A stretch of DNA of 64,000 nt from contig QPMI01000427.1 of the NCBI GenBank assembly GCA_004431415.1, positions 62,001 to 126,000 of the forward strand, given 5' to 3'. Shown piece after piece: positions 12,371 to 24,381 of this stretch. Numbering within the stretch: position 1 is the stretch's first letter; every line of letters starts with the position of its first letter. The position numbers and the translations under genes are program-made. Below the pieces are notes generated by a model, which was given only the letters and a program-made list of their open reading frames with translations, was not told the DNA's origin and ran no database searches. The stretch comes from Cyanophora paradoxa CCMP329 (Eukaryota > Plantae > Glaucophyta).

Positions 12371-14699
12371 CTAATCCTGCTTGAATTTGTCATGCGGCCT
12401 GTCTACAAGGTGCAGGCCGAGCTCGCTGGCAGTACCAAGCGCGCCCACAAAGCGCGCCCAAGCTGCGAGGAATGCCTGCTTGACGGCTTCGCTCCGTTCG
12501 ACGAGGGCCGTCTTGCAACCTTGCAGGGCCCAGTATTTTACTTCCTTCATCAGATCATAAACCTGCGTGTGCGCAACTCGATTAGCATATAAACCTACTA
12601 ACGCTTTAAATTAGCAGAGCGATGGAAACAGCTACCTCTTTCTTGTGTCGTCTGCATCGCGCATCGAAATCGGGGTTCTGTAGGTCAGCGCACATCGAGG
12701 CGCGCGTGCGAAGTGAGATGATAATGATACACATTGGATATATGCGCAGTGAACGCTGTGGAGAAGAGCGGGCGCACCTGTCTGCGATACTCCCGCCCAC
12801 CGTGTTGCCTCGCGATCGCCAAGATCTCGCTGTACTCTTGATCCAGAGAGCGGAGCTTGAGGCGAAGCTCCTGGGGGACAACCAGTGACGAATAAGAAGG
12901 CGAAGTGGAGCATTTTCATACGGGCGGCAGGAACGGATCCGGAGGCCCTCGCGCGGAGGCCGGAAGGGGGCGCGCTTGCCTCATAAGTCCAAGGCCGCGA
13001 GGAACTCGAATCTGCAGTTGAAGCCTGAAGCGGAGCGAGAGCCGCGCCCGTAACCTGCGCTAGCGTTGAGCATCCTGGAACTGCAAGCGGTGCGAGCGCC
13101 ATGGCCAGCTGCGAGGGGAAAGTCTTGACCTGCGCATGCGCATGCGGAAGTGCGGTGCAGCTGGCCGCGGCCGGCGCCCCGGCCGCGGCGCTAGTGCTGA
13201 TGCCACTCGAGCTCAAGGCCGATTGCGGATTCTCATGATCATGATCATGATATCGATCCGGCCCGTGGAGCTCTAGATCCCCTCCTGCTGTCAGCTCGTC
13301 TTGTCGCTGCAGCTGCCACCCGATCTCGTCGCTGTTCGTGTCGGCTTCGTGCGCTAGCGCTGGCGCTGTCGTCGGCCGCGGCGCGGGCTGCGCAGTCACA
13401 GGTTAATTATAACAGGTTAACGAAATCCACCCCCGGCCCCGCAGGCCAGGTTAATTTTTAGGGCGGAGCTTGCCTGAAGCTCTACATTCTTCGCTTCACC
13501 GGTTGCGGCCGCGGCCGCGGCCGGATACCGATGTCGATTGATGGCATATGCATATGCGTCGGCGCCGGCGCGTCGCTCCCGAGGCACCGCTTCCGCTAGG
13601 TGCTCACTCGGTGCTCGCCCTCTGCTGCTTTCCTGTGGGCGGCCAGCGTGGCACACGCTCCGCGGTGTGCTGGAGGGATCCGTGGCGCCTGTCTCCCGAG
13701 CCAGCCTCTCCATGAAAATCAGCGCTGCCGCTCGCTCTCTGCTCAGCGACCGCACGCTCTAGCTCTACGGCGCCGGCACGAGCGCGTTGCTGATTATGAT
13801 TACGAGTTGAGGTTCTAGCAGGAAGAAGTGGCCTGTTGCGAACGAAGGCCTTTGGGGTACGTCTCACTCGACCACAGAAGCCCTCGCGTTGCAATTGCCG
13901 GCGGCTGGGACGGCTGGGAACTGTTCAAAACCAGCAGCGCCCAGCGTCCATTCTGCCATCCACGAGCACGAGTAGGTCCGTGCTGCGAGCCCCAGCTGCT
14001 CTCGCCGCAAACTCGTGAACGCGCGCCCAGGACCGCCCCCAAAGCCCGGCTGCCGAGGAGTGGCCATGGACAGTGGAATGGCAAGCGAGGCGCGACCCGT
14101 GCCGGCGCGCGCGCGCCTCGCCTGAGCCGAGCTCGAGCCCCTCGTCCTCGTACGCGTCGGCCGCTTCTGCTGCAGCTACGCCCGCTGCAACCGCGTAGAA
14201 TCGGAAGCCTGAGCTCAAGGCGCCTGCTCCTGCGCTCCAGCGTCCGTCGGCGTCGGCGCCAAAAGGCCGGCGACCCGCGACGGCGCCGACGGCCCGAAGC
14301 CCGCCGCCGCCTCTCCGAGCCTGGGGCTGGGCGCCCCGGCCCTGCGCCTCCCTCGGGCACGGCCGCGTCTGCGCGGGCGTCCGCCGGCGCGAAGCGCGCC
14401 GTGCCTCTTTCCGGCAAGCCGACGGCGCGCGCCCTTCCCCCGCCCCGCACCTCGAATGCGTCGACGTCCCTCGGATCTCAGCCGCTGGGCCGACGGTCGG
14501 GCGCCGCGGCCGGCGCCACCGCGCCCCGCCCGCAGCTCAGCCGCCGCCTCCGCCGCCCCGGTCGCCCCAGCGAGGCCTCGATCCTCGGCGCCGCCCGCAC
14601 CCCGTGCCCTAACTGCCGCGCGCGCCCCCGCCCCCGGCGCCCGGCGACCCGCCACGGCCCTCCTCGGCGCTCACCTCCCAGCATCCACGGCTGCGGCAT
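12371..14699 (-). pseudogene. Hypothetical multi-exon protein, copy 1, probably disrupted
   Basis: Spliced 3' exons LVVPQELRLKLRSLDQEYSEILAIARQHGGREYRRQ|NPDFDARCRRHKKE|VYDLMKEVKYWALQGCK...DKFKQD*. A ~50-bp deletion at ~14222 relative to copy 2 removes an intron and gives EQAP*. The 5' end is uncertain. Confidence 0.5.
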
Positions 14700-15948
14700 C
14701 GACTAAACTTCGGAACCAGTGTACGAATGCAGCAGACTTTCCAAAAAAAGGCTTCAGCCGACGATCCCGACCCCTGCGCCGTCCCTTCCTCCCCTTGCGC
14801 CCTGCCGGCCGACCCGTACCCCGAATCCCGCCTCCTCCTCCTCCCGACGACGTCCTAGTGAAGGCATGTACCCCTCCATCAGAAAACTGTACCCTCCATG
14901 ATTCATGTACCCCGACAGATCTTCCTACCCCTGGGACCCCGCGAGGTCTTCTGCCGGTGCGCCGAACCCCTTCCCGGTCCTCCGGGGGTACGCTGTCGCC
15001 GCCCCCCCCTCTCCTCCCACCTCTCAGGGCCCGCCTCCGGTCGCTTTGCGGCCGCCTGCGCAACGCGATCCCAACGGGTACTCTGAGGCTCGTACTACTC
15101 CTACCCTCCCCCCTCCCGATTTCAGAACGCGTACCCCGCAGGTCCGCCGGCCCCGCATCGACGTCCCGAGCGACATTCCGGGTACCCGGCTTCCGTCCTC
15201 TCACGTCCTGTCCAGGGTTCGAATCCCGCCGGCGCCGTCTCAAGGGTGCTACTCTCGGGAGTCCCGCGGGGCGTCCCTATTCCGTACCTCTGCTCCGGCC
15301 GCCTCCAGTGTCCGCATGCGCACCCCGTACCTCCATTTGCCCCTGTACCCCTCTAACGTTCCCCACGACCGGGCTCCGAACTATATATCAAGCTATATAT
15401 ATAGCCCACGTGCACCCGTTCCACAGATCTAGAATTGCCCCCTAGATCTAGATCTAGTCCTCGACGCTACCCCCCAACGCCCCTCCCGTGGCCTCATGGG
15501 CGACTTTTGGACGTCATCCAAGGTCCCCCGTACCCCCCTCCGAATTTCCGTTCCCCCTCTTTCCTCCACATTCACTCCAGGGAGATCCCCGATTTTCGGC
15601 GCTGGCGTCCGTTTCTGGCCTCGCGCGCCTCTCGATCCGGCACGTGCCGCTTTCATTCCGCTACCTCCTCCCGTCTGCTCCCCCTTGTCTTCCCCCCCCC
15701 TCTCTCTCCCCCCCCCCCCCAACACACACATACAGTCCCGCCCCCTTCTCTTTTTCTGAATTTGATCCGCAGGCCCAAGCCCTGGCTGGAGCCGAACGCG
15801 AGACGCCGCCCGAGGAATGCGTACCCCCTCGCCGTCCTCGCCTCCCTGACCCACCTCGGCCCCTCCCTCTCCCACCTCTCGCTTTCCGCCCTGCCCCCTC
15901 TCTGATCGCGAGGGGCCCGCGCCTCGCCCCGCGCCACCGCAGGCGGCG

Positions 15949-18420
15949 ATGGCTAAGGAGGCGTGCGACGCCGCCCCGCCCCCGCCCCGCCGGCCCCGCC
16001 GGCCCGCCGGCCCGCCGGCCCGCCGGTCCCCGCCCCGTGCAGTACTAGTGCTTCCCCGCCCCGCCCCGCCACGCCCGCCCCGCGCCCGCGCCCGGCCCGC
16101 CGCCTCCCCCGCCCCGTGCAGTACTAGTGCTTCCCCGCCCCCGCCCCGCCACGCCCGCCCCCGCGCCCGCGCCCGGCCCGCCGCCTCCCCCGCCCCCGTG
16201 CAGTACTAGTGCTTCCCCGCCCCCGCCCCGCCACGCCCGCCCCCGCGCCCGCGCCCGGCCCCGCCGCCTCCCCCGCCCCGTGCAGTACTAGTGCTTCCCC
16301 CGCCCCGCCCCCGCCACGCCCGCCCCCGCGCCCGCGCCCGGCCCCGCCGCCTCCCCCGCCCCGTGCAGTACTAGTGCTACCCCGCCCCGCCCCGCCGGCC
16401 CCGCCGGCCCCGCCGGTCCCCGCCCCGTGCAGTACTAGTGCTTCCCCGCCCCCGCCCCGCCACGCCCGCCCCCGCGCCCGCGCCCGGCCCCGCCGCCTCC
16501 CCCGCCCCGTGCAGTACTAGTGCTTCCCCCGCCCCCGCCCCGCCGGCCCCGCCAGCCCCGCCGGTCCCCGCCCCCGTGCAGTACTAGTGCTTCCCCTGCC
16601 CCCGCCCCGCCACGCCCGCTCCCGCGCCCGCGCCCGGCCCCGCCGCCTCCCCCGCCGCCCCGCCGGCCCCAGCCCCGGCGAACCCCGGGCCCCCGCCACT
16701 CCCGCCGCCCGCGGGGCGCGGCCGGCGGGCGCGGGCGCGCGCACGCCCCCGCGGCCCCCTCGAGCTCGCCGGCGAAGCGGGCGGGCCGGGCCCCGGCCCG
16801 GCGGCGGGACTGCAACCCCGCCGCCTTTGGCGGGCCGCCCTGGCCCGGGGGCGCGGGGCTCGACGCCGGGGTCGGGGAGCGGGCGAGGGCGATGATGGAG
16901 CGCATCGCCGCCGCCCTCGGCCGGCCCCTCCGCGAGGCGCGCGCACGCCGATGACCGCGGCCGGCCCGAGCGCGCCCCGGCACGCATCGCTGACACTGGT
17001 CCGCGCGGGCGCGCAGGTGGCCGCGGAGCTGCGGGCGTGCGGCCCGGAGCGCCGCCGCGCCCTCCTCGCCCTCGCACGCTCCCCGGGCCCCGGCCCGGGC
17101 CCGGACCCCGGCCCGGCCGGCGCCACGCAGATCGGCCTGAGCCCCGTCCCCGCGCCCGCCAGCCCCGACCACGGCCCCGTCCCCGGCCCCGTCCCCGCGC
17201 CCGCCGCCAGCCCCGGCGCCACGCAAGTCGGCTTCGAATTCGATGGCACGCAGACGGGCCTGAGCCGCGGCCCTCCCGGCGTCGGCCCCGGCCCCGGCGC
17301 GAGCTCGAGCCCAGCGGCGGCGGCGGCGGCGGCCCCTGGCTCCCCGCCGGCGGCGCCGGCCGCGGGCGCGGGGAGCACGCTGGACAGCGACGACGACGAC
17401 GGCTGGACGGCGCGCCCGGAGGAGCTCGCCGGCCGCGCCGCGGCCGCCTCCGCCGCCGCCGCCTCCGGCTCGGGCCCCGCCCCGGCCCCGCCCGCGTCCG
17501 GCTCCGGCCCCGGGGCTGGAGGCCTAGGCCCAGGGCCGTGGGATGCGGGCCCGGAGGGGCGGGTGACGCTGGCGCTGCGGGGGGCGGGGGCGAGGGCCCG
17601 CCCTCGACGCCTTCCTCGCCGCCAACCGGCCCTCCCGCGCGTTCCCCGAGCACGTCCACTGGATCCAGGCCCGCCCGCCCGCCCGCCCGCCCCGCCCCGG
17701 CCCGCCCGGCTCCTAGAGCGAGAGCCCGCCCTCATGCATATGCGCCCTTCGGACAGGTGGTGCGGGAGGATGCGGAGTGGCGGGGGGCGGGGGCGGGGCG
17801 GGCCCCGAGGCGGCCGAGCGGGCGCGGGCGGGCTTCGAGCGGCTGCGGGCGGAGGGCGCGTGGGCGCCGGCGAGCTGCGGGAGCTCGCCGCGAGCTCGGG
17901 CCTCCGCTCCGGCAAGTGGCTCCTCTTCGCCACCCCCGCCCAGGCCCGCCCCGGCCCCCGCCCCCGCCCCGCGCGCGCAGGTGGACGAGTCTAGGGGCCT
18001 AGCCTCAGCTCCGGGCGCGCGGGCAGGTGGACGAGTGGTGGGGGGCGGTGGCGCGCGGGGTGGCGCGGGGGGAGCTGGGGCCGGCGGCCAAGGTGGCCCC
18101 CCGGGGCGGGCGGCGCGTCATCTGCGCCTACACGGCCGACTGCCTCGACGAGCCCGACGTCCTCCGCGTCCGAGAGGCCCGCCCCGGCCCCTCCCGCCCG
18201 GCCCTAGGACTGAGCTCGGGGCCGGCAGGCGCTGCGGGCCCTCGGGTTCGCCGGCATGCGCACGCTCCGCTACAAGGCGCGCCGGCCCCCAGCCCGCCCC
18301 CGGCCTCCGGCCCCCCGCCTGACGGGCCCTCGCCCTCGGCTGCAGGCGGACCTCTACACGGCGCTGGGGATCTACGCGGAGAACCCCTGGGGGCTCCCCG
18401 CTTCCATGTACCCCCTCTAG
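15949..18420 (+). CDS. DUF1917 (C11orf68/Bles03-like) protein, full-length copy with a low-complexity N-terminus
   Basis: ALDAFLAANRPSRAFPEHVHWIQ|VVREDAEW...SGKWLLF...VICAYTADCLDEPDV...RYK|ADLYTALGIYAENPWGLPASMYPL*, TAG at 18418-18420. There are 1-bp shifts in G runs near 17585, 17780 and 17855. The start codon is uncertain. Confidence 0.8.
16025..16660. repeat. C-rich minisatellite, 8 units of ~65-83 bp with core gtgcagtactagtgc, probably intronic
   Basis: Core at ~16037, 16116, 16198, 16280, 16363, 16427, 16509 and 16576. Two unit variants are present. Confidence 0.9.
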
Positions 18421-19701
18421 CCTATAGCTAGCTGTAGACCAACTATAGACTTGAAGCCCCGACCCATCCTTCCTCCCCCCCCCGCCCCCCCCCCCCCCCC
18501 CCCCCGGCCCCTCCAACCCCCGATCCTCCCCCGATCCTCTCCGCCCCATCCCTCCCCGCCTCCTCCCCTCCCCCGCCTCCACCCCATACCTTCCCCCCGA
18601 GCTCCCCCCCTTCTCTCCCCTCTCCCCCCTCCCTCCCTTCCCCCTCCCCCTCCCCCTCCCCCCCCCCCCCGCGCGCGCCCCCTCTCCCCACCCCATCCCC
18701 GCAGCGGCCGGCCGTGGCCCCGACCATGGGCCCCACCCGACCCTGCTTCGCCTTCAAAAACAATATATATCTACTTGGGAACTTCGGAAAGAATCCCAAC
18801 GTCAAAATTGATATCGATTGGGAAATTGATTTCGATCGGAAGTTAGGAATCATTGAGTCCTCCCAGCATGTGCACGGCCGCGAGTTGCAATTGGACGCCG
18901 CGCCGCTGCTCGGCGGCCGAGCGAGTCCTCTCGTGCCCGGGGCCGAGGAAGCGCTCGAGCACGGGCAGAGCCTCCTGCCCCGCGCCCGCGCCCGGTCGCA
19001 TTCAACTTGCAACGAATTCGAAGAAGCAACATGAAACGTTAACACTCTAGATCTCACCTCGAGTAGCTGGCCATGGAGGGCCCATCCGTTGTCGTCGAGC
19101 CGCTGAGCCCATCCAAAATTGCAAAAATTTGCAAATCTGTCATCCAACTGAAACGATCGAATGGGCCCCTGCCAGGTTGTACATGTACTCCGAGGCTCGG
19201 TACGTATACTAATTATAATGCGGCCGGCGCCCGCCCGGATCATGTACCCTTGCAATTGCGTCACCGGGCACGGCGTCACAATTTTGTACCTTCTCACTTG
19301 AGCATGTACCCTTGCCGAGTGGCCCCCCTATTTCTCTTCCGGATCCGCCTCCCCCGCGTATATATATCCGTAATTATAACCGCGCGCGGTTGCGCGCCCC
19401 TGGTTAAAACGAGCGGCCACCATCCCGCCTTGAAGCCCCAAGACCCAATTTGCAAGGCCACTCCTGCTCCGCAGGGACTCGCTTGTTAGGAATCATTGAG
19501 TTCTCCCACCACAAGTTGCATTGGGACGCGACGCCGCTGCTCGGCGGCCGATCGCAAGCGAGTCCTCTTGCATCCAGGGCCCGGCCGATCGCGAGGGAGC
19601 GCATGATCTAGAGCCCGCGGCCGATCGTGTGTTATGCAAATGTGCACGATCCGTAAGAAAGTCTGTACGCCTAAAAAATTAAGGAAGGCTCGACGACCGG
19701 A

Positions 19702-20072
19702 CTAATCCTGCTTGAATTTGTCATGCGGCCTGTCTACAAGGTGCAGCTGCAGGCCGAGCTCGCTGGCAGTACCAAGCGCGCCCACAAAGCGCGCCCAAGC
19801 TGCGAGGAATGCCTGCTTGACGGCTTCGCTCCGTTCGACGAGGGCCGTCTTGCAACCTTGCAGGGCCCAGTATTTTACTTCCTTCATCAGATCATAAACC
19901 TGCGTGTGCGCAACTCGATTAGCATATAAACCTACTAACGCTTTAAATTAGCAGAGCGATGGAAACAGCTACCTCTTTCTTGTGTCGTCTGCATCGCGCA
20001 TCGAAATCGGGGTTCTGTAGGTCAGCGCACATCGAGGCGCGCGTGCGAAGTGAGATGATAATGATACACATT

Positions 20073-20151
<79 letters not shown>

Positions 20152-22134
20152 ACGCTGTGGAGAAGAGCGGGCGCACCTGTCTGCGATACTCCCGCCCACC
20201 GTGTTGCCTCGCGATCGCCAAGATCTCGCTGTACTCTTGATCCAGAGAGCGGAGCTTGAGGCGAAGCTCCTGGGGGACAACCAGTGATCACGACGAATAA
20301 GAAGGCGAAGTGGAGCATTTTCATACGGGCGGAAGGAGCGGATCCGGAGGCCCTCGCGCGGAGGCCGGAAGGGGGCGCGCTTACCTCGTAAGTCCAAGGC
20401 CGCGAGGAACTCGAATCTGCAGTTGAAGCCTGAAGCGGAGCGAGAGCCGCGCCCGTAACCTGCGCTAGCGTTGAGCATCCTGGAACTGCAAGCGGTGCGA
20501 GCGCCATGGCCAGCTGCGAGGGGAAAGTCTTGACCTGCGCATGCGGAAGTGCGGTGCAGCTGGCCGCGGCCGGCGCCCCGGCCGCGGCGCTGATGCCACT
20601 CGAGCTCAAAGCCGATTGCGGATTCTCATGATCATGATCATGATTTCGATCCGGCCGGCGCCCGTGGAGCTCTAGATCCCCTCCTGCTGTCAGCTCGTCT
20701 TGTCGCTGCAGCTGCCACCCGATCTCGTCGCGATCGCTGTTCGTGTCGGCTTCGTGCGCTAGCGCTGGCGCTGTCGTCGGCCGCAGCGCGGGCTGCTATA
20801 GGTTAACAGGTTAACGAAATCCACCCCCGGCCCCGCAGGCCAGGTTAAGATTTAGGGCGGAGCTTGCCTGAAACCCTACATTCTTCGCTTCACCGGTTGC
20901 GGCCGCGGCCGCGGCCGGATACCGATGTCGATTGATGGCATATGCATATGCGTCGGCGCCGGCGCGTCGCTCCCGAGGCACCGCTTCCGCTAGGTGCTCA
21001 CTCGGTGCTCGCCCTCTGCTGCTTTCCTGTCGGCGGCCAGCGTGGCACACGCTCCGCGGCGTGCTGGAGGGATCCATGGCGCCTGTCTAGATCTCCCAGC
21101 GCTGCCGCTCGCTCTCTGCTCAGCGACCGCACGCTCTAGCTCTACGGCGCCGGCACGAGCGCGTTGCTGATTATGATTACGAGTCGAGGTTCTAGCTGGA
21201 AAAGAAGTGGCCTGTTGCGAACGAAGGCCTTTGGGGTACGTCTCACTCGACCACAGAAGCCCTCGCGTTGCAATTGCCGGCGGCTGGGACGGCTGGGAAC
21301 TGTTCAAAACCAGCAGCGCCCAGCGTCCATTCTGCCATCCACGAGCACGAGTAGGTCCGTGCTGCGAGCCCCAGCTGCTCTCGCCGCAAACTCGTGAACG
21401 CGCGCCCAGGACCGCTCCCAAAGCCCGGCTGCCGAGGAGTGGCCATGGACAGTGGAATGGCAAGCGAGGCGCGACCCGTGCGCATGCCGGCGCGCGCCTC
21501 GCCTGAGCCGAGCTCGAGCCCCTCGTCCTCGTACGCGTCGGCTGCTTCTGCTGCAGCTACGCCCGCTGCAGCCGCGTAGAATCGGAAGCCTGAGCTCAAG
21601 GCGCCGGCGCCTGCATCCGCAAAGAGCGCTCGCGGCGGTGCACGTGCCGCAGGCCTGCTCCTGCGCTCCAGCGTCCGTCGGCGTCGGCGCCAAAAGGCCG
21701 GCGACCCGCGACGGCGCCGACGGCCCGAAGCCCGCCGCCGCCTCTCCGAGCCTGGGGCTGGGCGCCCCGGCCCTGCGCCTCCCTCGGGCACGGCCGCGTC
21801 TGCGCGGGCGTCCGCCGGCGCGAAGCGCGCCGCGCCTCTTTCTGGCAAGCCGACGGTGCGCGCCCTTCCCCCGCCCCGCACCTCGAATTCGTCGACGTCC
21901 TCGGATCTCAGCCGCTGGGCCGACGGTCGGGCGCCGCGGCCGGCGCCACCGCGCCCGCCCGCAGCTCAGCCGCCGCCTCCGCCGCCCCGGTCGCCCCAGC
22001 GAGGCCTCGATCCTCAGCGCCGCCCGCACCCCGTGCCCTAACTGCCGCGCGCGCCCCCGCCCCCGGCGCCCGGCGACCCGCCACGGCCCTCCTAGGCCTC
22101 GGCGCTCACCTCCCAGCATCCACGGCCGCGGCAT
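19702..22134 (-). CDS. Hypothetical multi-exon protein, copy 2
   Basis: Same exons as copy 1, ending VYDLMKEVKYWALQGCKTALVERSEAVKQAFLAAWARFVGALGTASELGLQLHLVDRPHDKFKQD*. It keeps the intron at ~21611-21647. No family recognised, and the start is uncertain. Confidence 0.5.
20075..20147. repeat. (TA)n microsatellite, ~36 units, intronic
   Basis: Perfect TA run. The paralogous site at ~12738 has only atatat. Confidence 0.97.
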
Positions 22135-24381
22135 CGACTGAACTTCGGAACCGGTGTACGAATGCAGCAGACTTTCCAAAAAAAGGCTTCAGCCGACGAT
22201 CCCGACCCCTGCGCCGTCCCTTCCTCCCCTTGCGCCCTGCCGGCCGACCCGTACCCCGAATCCCGCCTCCTCCTCCTCCCGACGACGTCCTAGTGAAGGC
22301 ATGTACCCCTCCATCAGAAAACTGTACCCTCCATGATTCATGTACCCGACAGATCTTCCTACCCCTGGGACCCCGCGAGGTCTTCTGCCGGTGCGCCGAA
22401 CCCTTCCCGGTCCTCCGGGGGTACGCTGTCGCCGCCCCCCCTCTCCTCCACCTCTCAGGGCCCGCCTCCGGTCGCTTTGCGGCCGCCTGCGCAACGCGAT
22501 CCCACGGGTACTCTGAGGCTCGTACTACTCCTACCCTCCCCCCTCCCGATTTCAGAACGCGTACCCCGCAGGTCCGCTGGCCCCGCATCGACGTCCCGAG
22601 CGACATTCCGGGTACCCGGCTTCCGTCCTCTCACGTCCTGTCCAGGGTTCGAATCCCGCCGGCGCCGTCTCAAGGGTGCTACTCTCGGGAGTCCCGCGGG
22701 GCGTCCCTATTCCGTACCTCTGCTCCGGCCGTCTCCAGTGTCCGTATGCGCACCCCGTACCTCCATTTGCCTCTGTACCCCTCTAACGTTCCCCACGACC
22801 GGGCTCCGAACTGGTCCTCGACGCTACCCCCCAACGCCCCTCCCGTGGCCTCATGGGCGACTTTTGGACGTCATCCAAGGTCCCCCGTACCCCCCTCCGA
22901 ATTTCCGTTCCCCCTCTTTCCTCCACATTCACTCCAGGGAGATCCCCGATTTTCGGGCGCTGGCGTCCGTTTCTGGCCTCGCGCGCCTCTCGATCCGGCA
23001 CGTGCAGCTTTCATTCCGCTACCTCCTCCCGTCTGCTCCCCTTGTCTTCCCCCCCCTCCCCCCCCCCCCCCCCCCCCCCCCCCCACACACACACACAGTC
23101 CCGCCCCCTTCTCTTCTTCTGAATTTGATCCGCAGGCCCAAGCCCTGGCTGGAGCCGAACGCGAGACGCCGCCCGAGGAACGCGTACCCCCTCGCCGTCC
23201 TCGCCTCCCTGGCCCCCCTCGGCCCCTCCCTCTCCCACCTCTCGCTGGCCGTCGAGATCTGACCCCCTGGCTCGGCCTCGTTCCCCTTTCTTAATTTCGC
23301 GCAGGCTCTCAGGATCCGGAGGCGCCGGCCCAAACCGTCCCGGGCCGCCTACCCCCCATCCTCGATGCCCTCCGCCCACTTGTCGCCCTCCGCAGGTACC
23401 CTTCCCTAGCCATCCATACCCCTCTTCTTTTCAATCATGTACCCCCGGCGTGGGAAAGGGGGGCGACTGGATCGATACCCCCCTAGGCCTCCCCGGCCCT
23501 CCTGCACCCTTGTACCCTCCTTCGAGCCCGCCCGCAGGCTCCCAGGATCCAGAAGGCCTACCCTCTCGTCGATGCCCTCTAGGAGTTATCATAATATTTT
23601 CCGCTCCCTCCTTTCTCTTTCTCTATTTCTCTCTTTCCTTGATTTTTCTTAATGCAAAAAAAATTAATACTATCTAGCCCGCCGGATATTATCAAACTAT
23701 ATATATAGCCCACGTGCACCCGTTCCACAGATCTAGAATTGCCCCCTTGAATCCGGAAAGAATAAATTAAAAATGTTGATATTGGTTGCAAAGATCGTCG
23801 CCTTGGACCGTCGCGATCGGACGCCACATGCACCGTGGCACGCGCGCCGCTGAACTCGAAGTTGCCCCTACCGTTTTATAATATATGGTAACTTAGGACG
23901 TGAGTTAAAGAAATCACGGTGTCGAGCTCACAGCCTGAAAGTGTCCACATCATTGAATCGAACACACTGTGCCACTGGGATTGAAGCTTGGAAGCTTGGA
24001 CGTATACATGATCGTTACTAGGTTAGGTAATGAAAAATTGAAGCTTAAGAATTGAAGCCTAGTAGGTAAGAGCAGAACTAGGAGCAGGAACAGAATTCGA
24101 AAGCGGACCAGGCGGATCAACAGCATGCATAATATAAGGACAGTCAGAGGGCCAGGCTCCTGATCACACATCAAATTAAATCATCAAATCATGAAATCAT
24201 GATCACAATGCATCTGTCGACGTTGTTCACTGCAACTATAATAGTATTGGAGATCCTAGAACGAGGCCTGCCTTCTGAACTTCATTTCCGAACTTCTAAA
24301 TCTTGCTGAAACTCACACTAAATGTATCGTAACTATAAATAGTATGTAGAAGTAGGCGCTTTAGCTTCTGGGCAGCTGGAT

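Larger units (their letters stand above)
10427..15883. repeat. Segmental duplication, copy 1 (~5.5 kb; partner 17733-23246)
   Basis: Colinear, near-identical sequence from catgcgcccttcggacaggt to cccacctctcgct in both copies. Paired ORFs in the track, e.g. 12392/19723 and 14719/22154. Confidence 0.95.
17733..23246. repeat. Segmental duplication, copy 2
   Basis: Colinear with 10427-15883. Confidence 0.95.

Noticed and set aside
15205-15240. tRNA T-loop/B-box-like ggttcgaatccc (also at ~22646)
   Set aside because: The T-stem pairs poorly and I could not build a D-arm, anticodon arm or acceptor stem.
16025-16660. CRISPR-like regularly spaced gtgcagtactagtgc motif
   Set aside because: The intervening sequences are repeats of each other, there are no cas genes, and the context is eukaryotic. 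It is a minisatellite.
17575-17860. Frameshifts in DUF1917 copy 2 as recoding or pseudogenisation
   Set aside because: All are single-base differences in G runs, typical of long-read consensus error. This cannot be decided without reads.
19943-20240. ORFs with YIYIYI repeats
   Set aside because: They are translations of an intronic (TA)n microsatellite.
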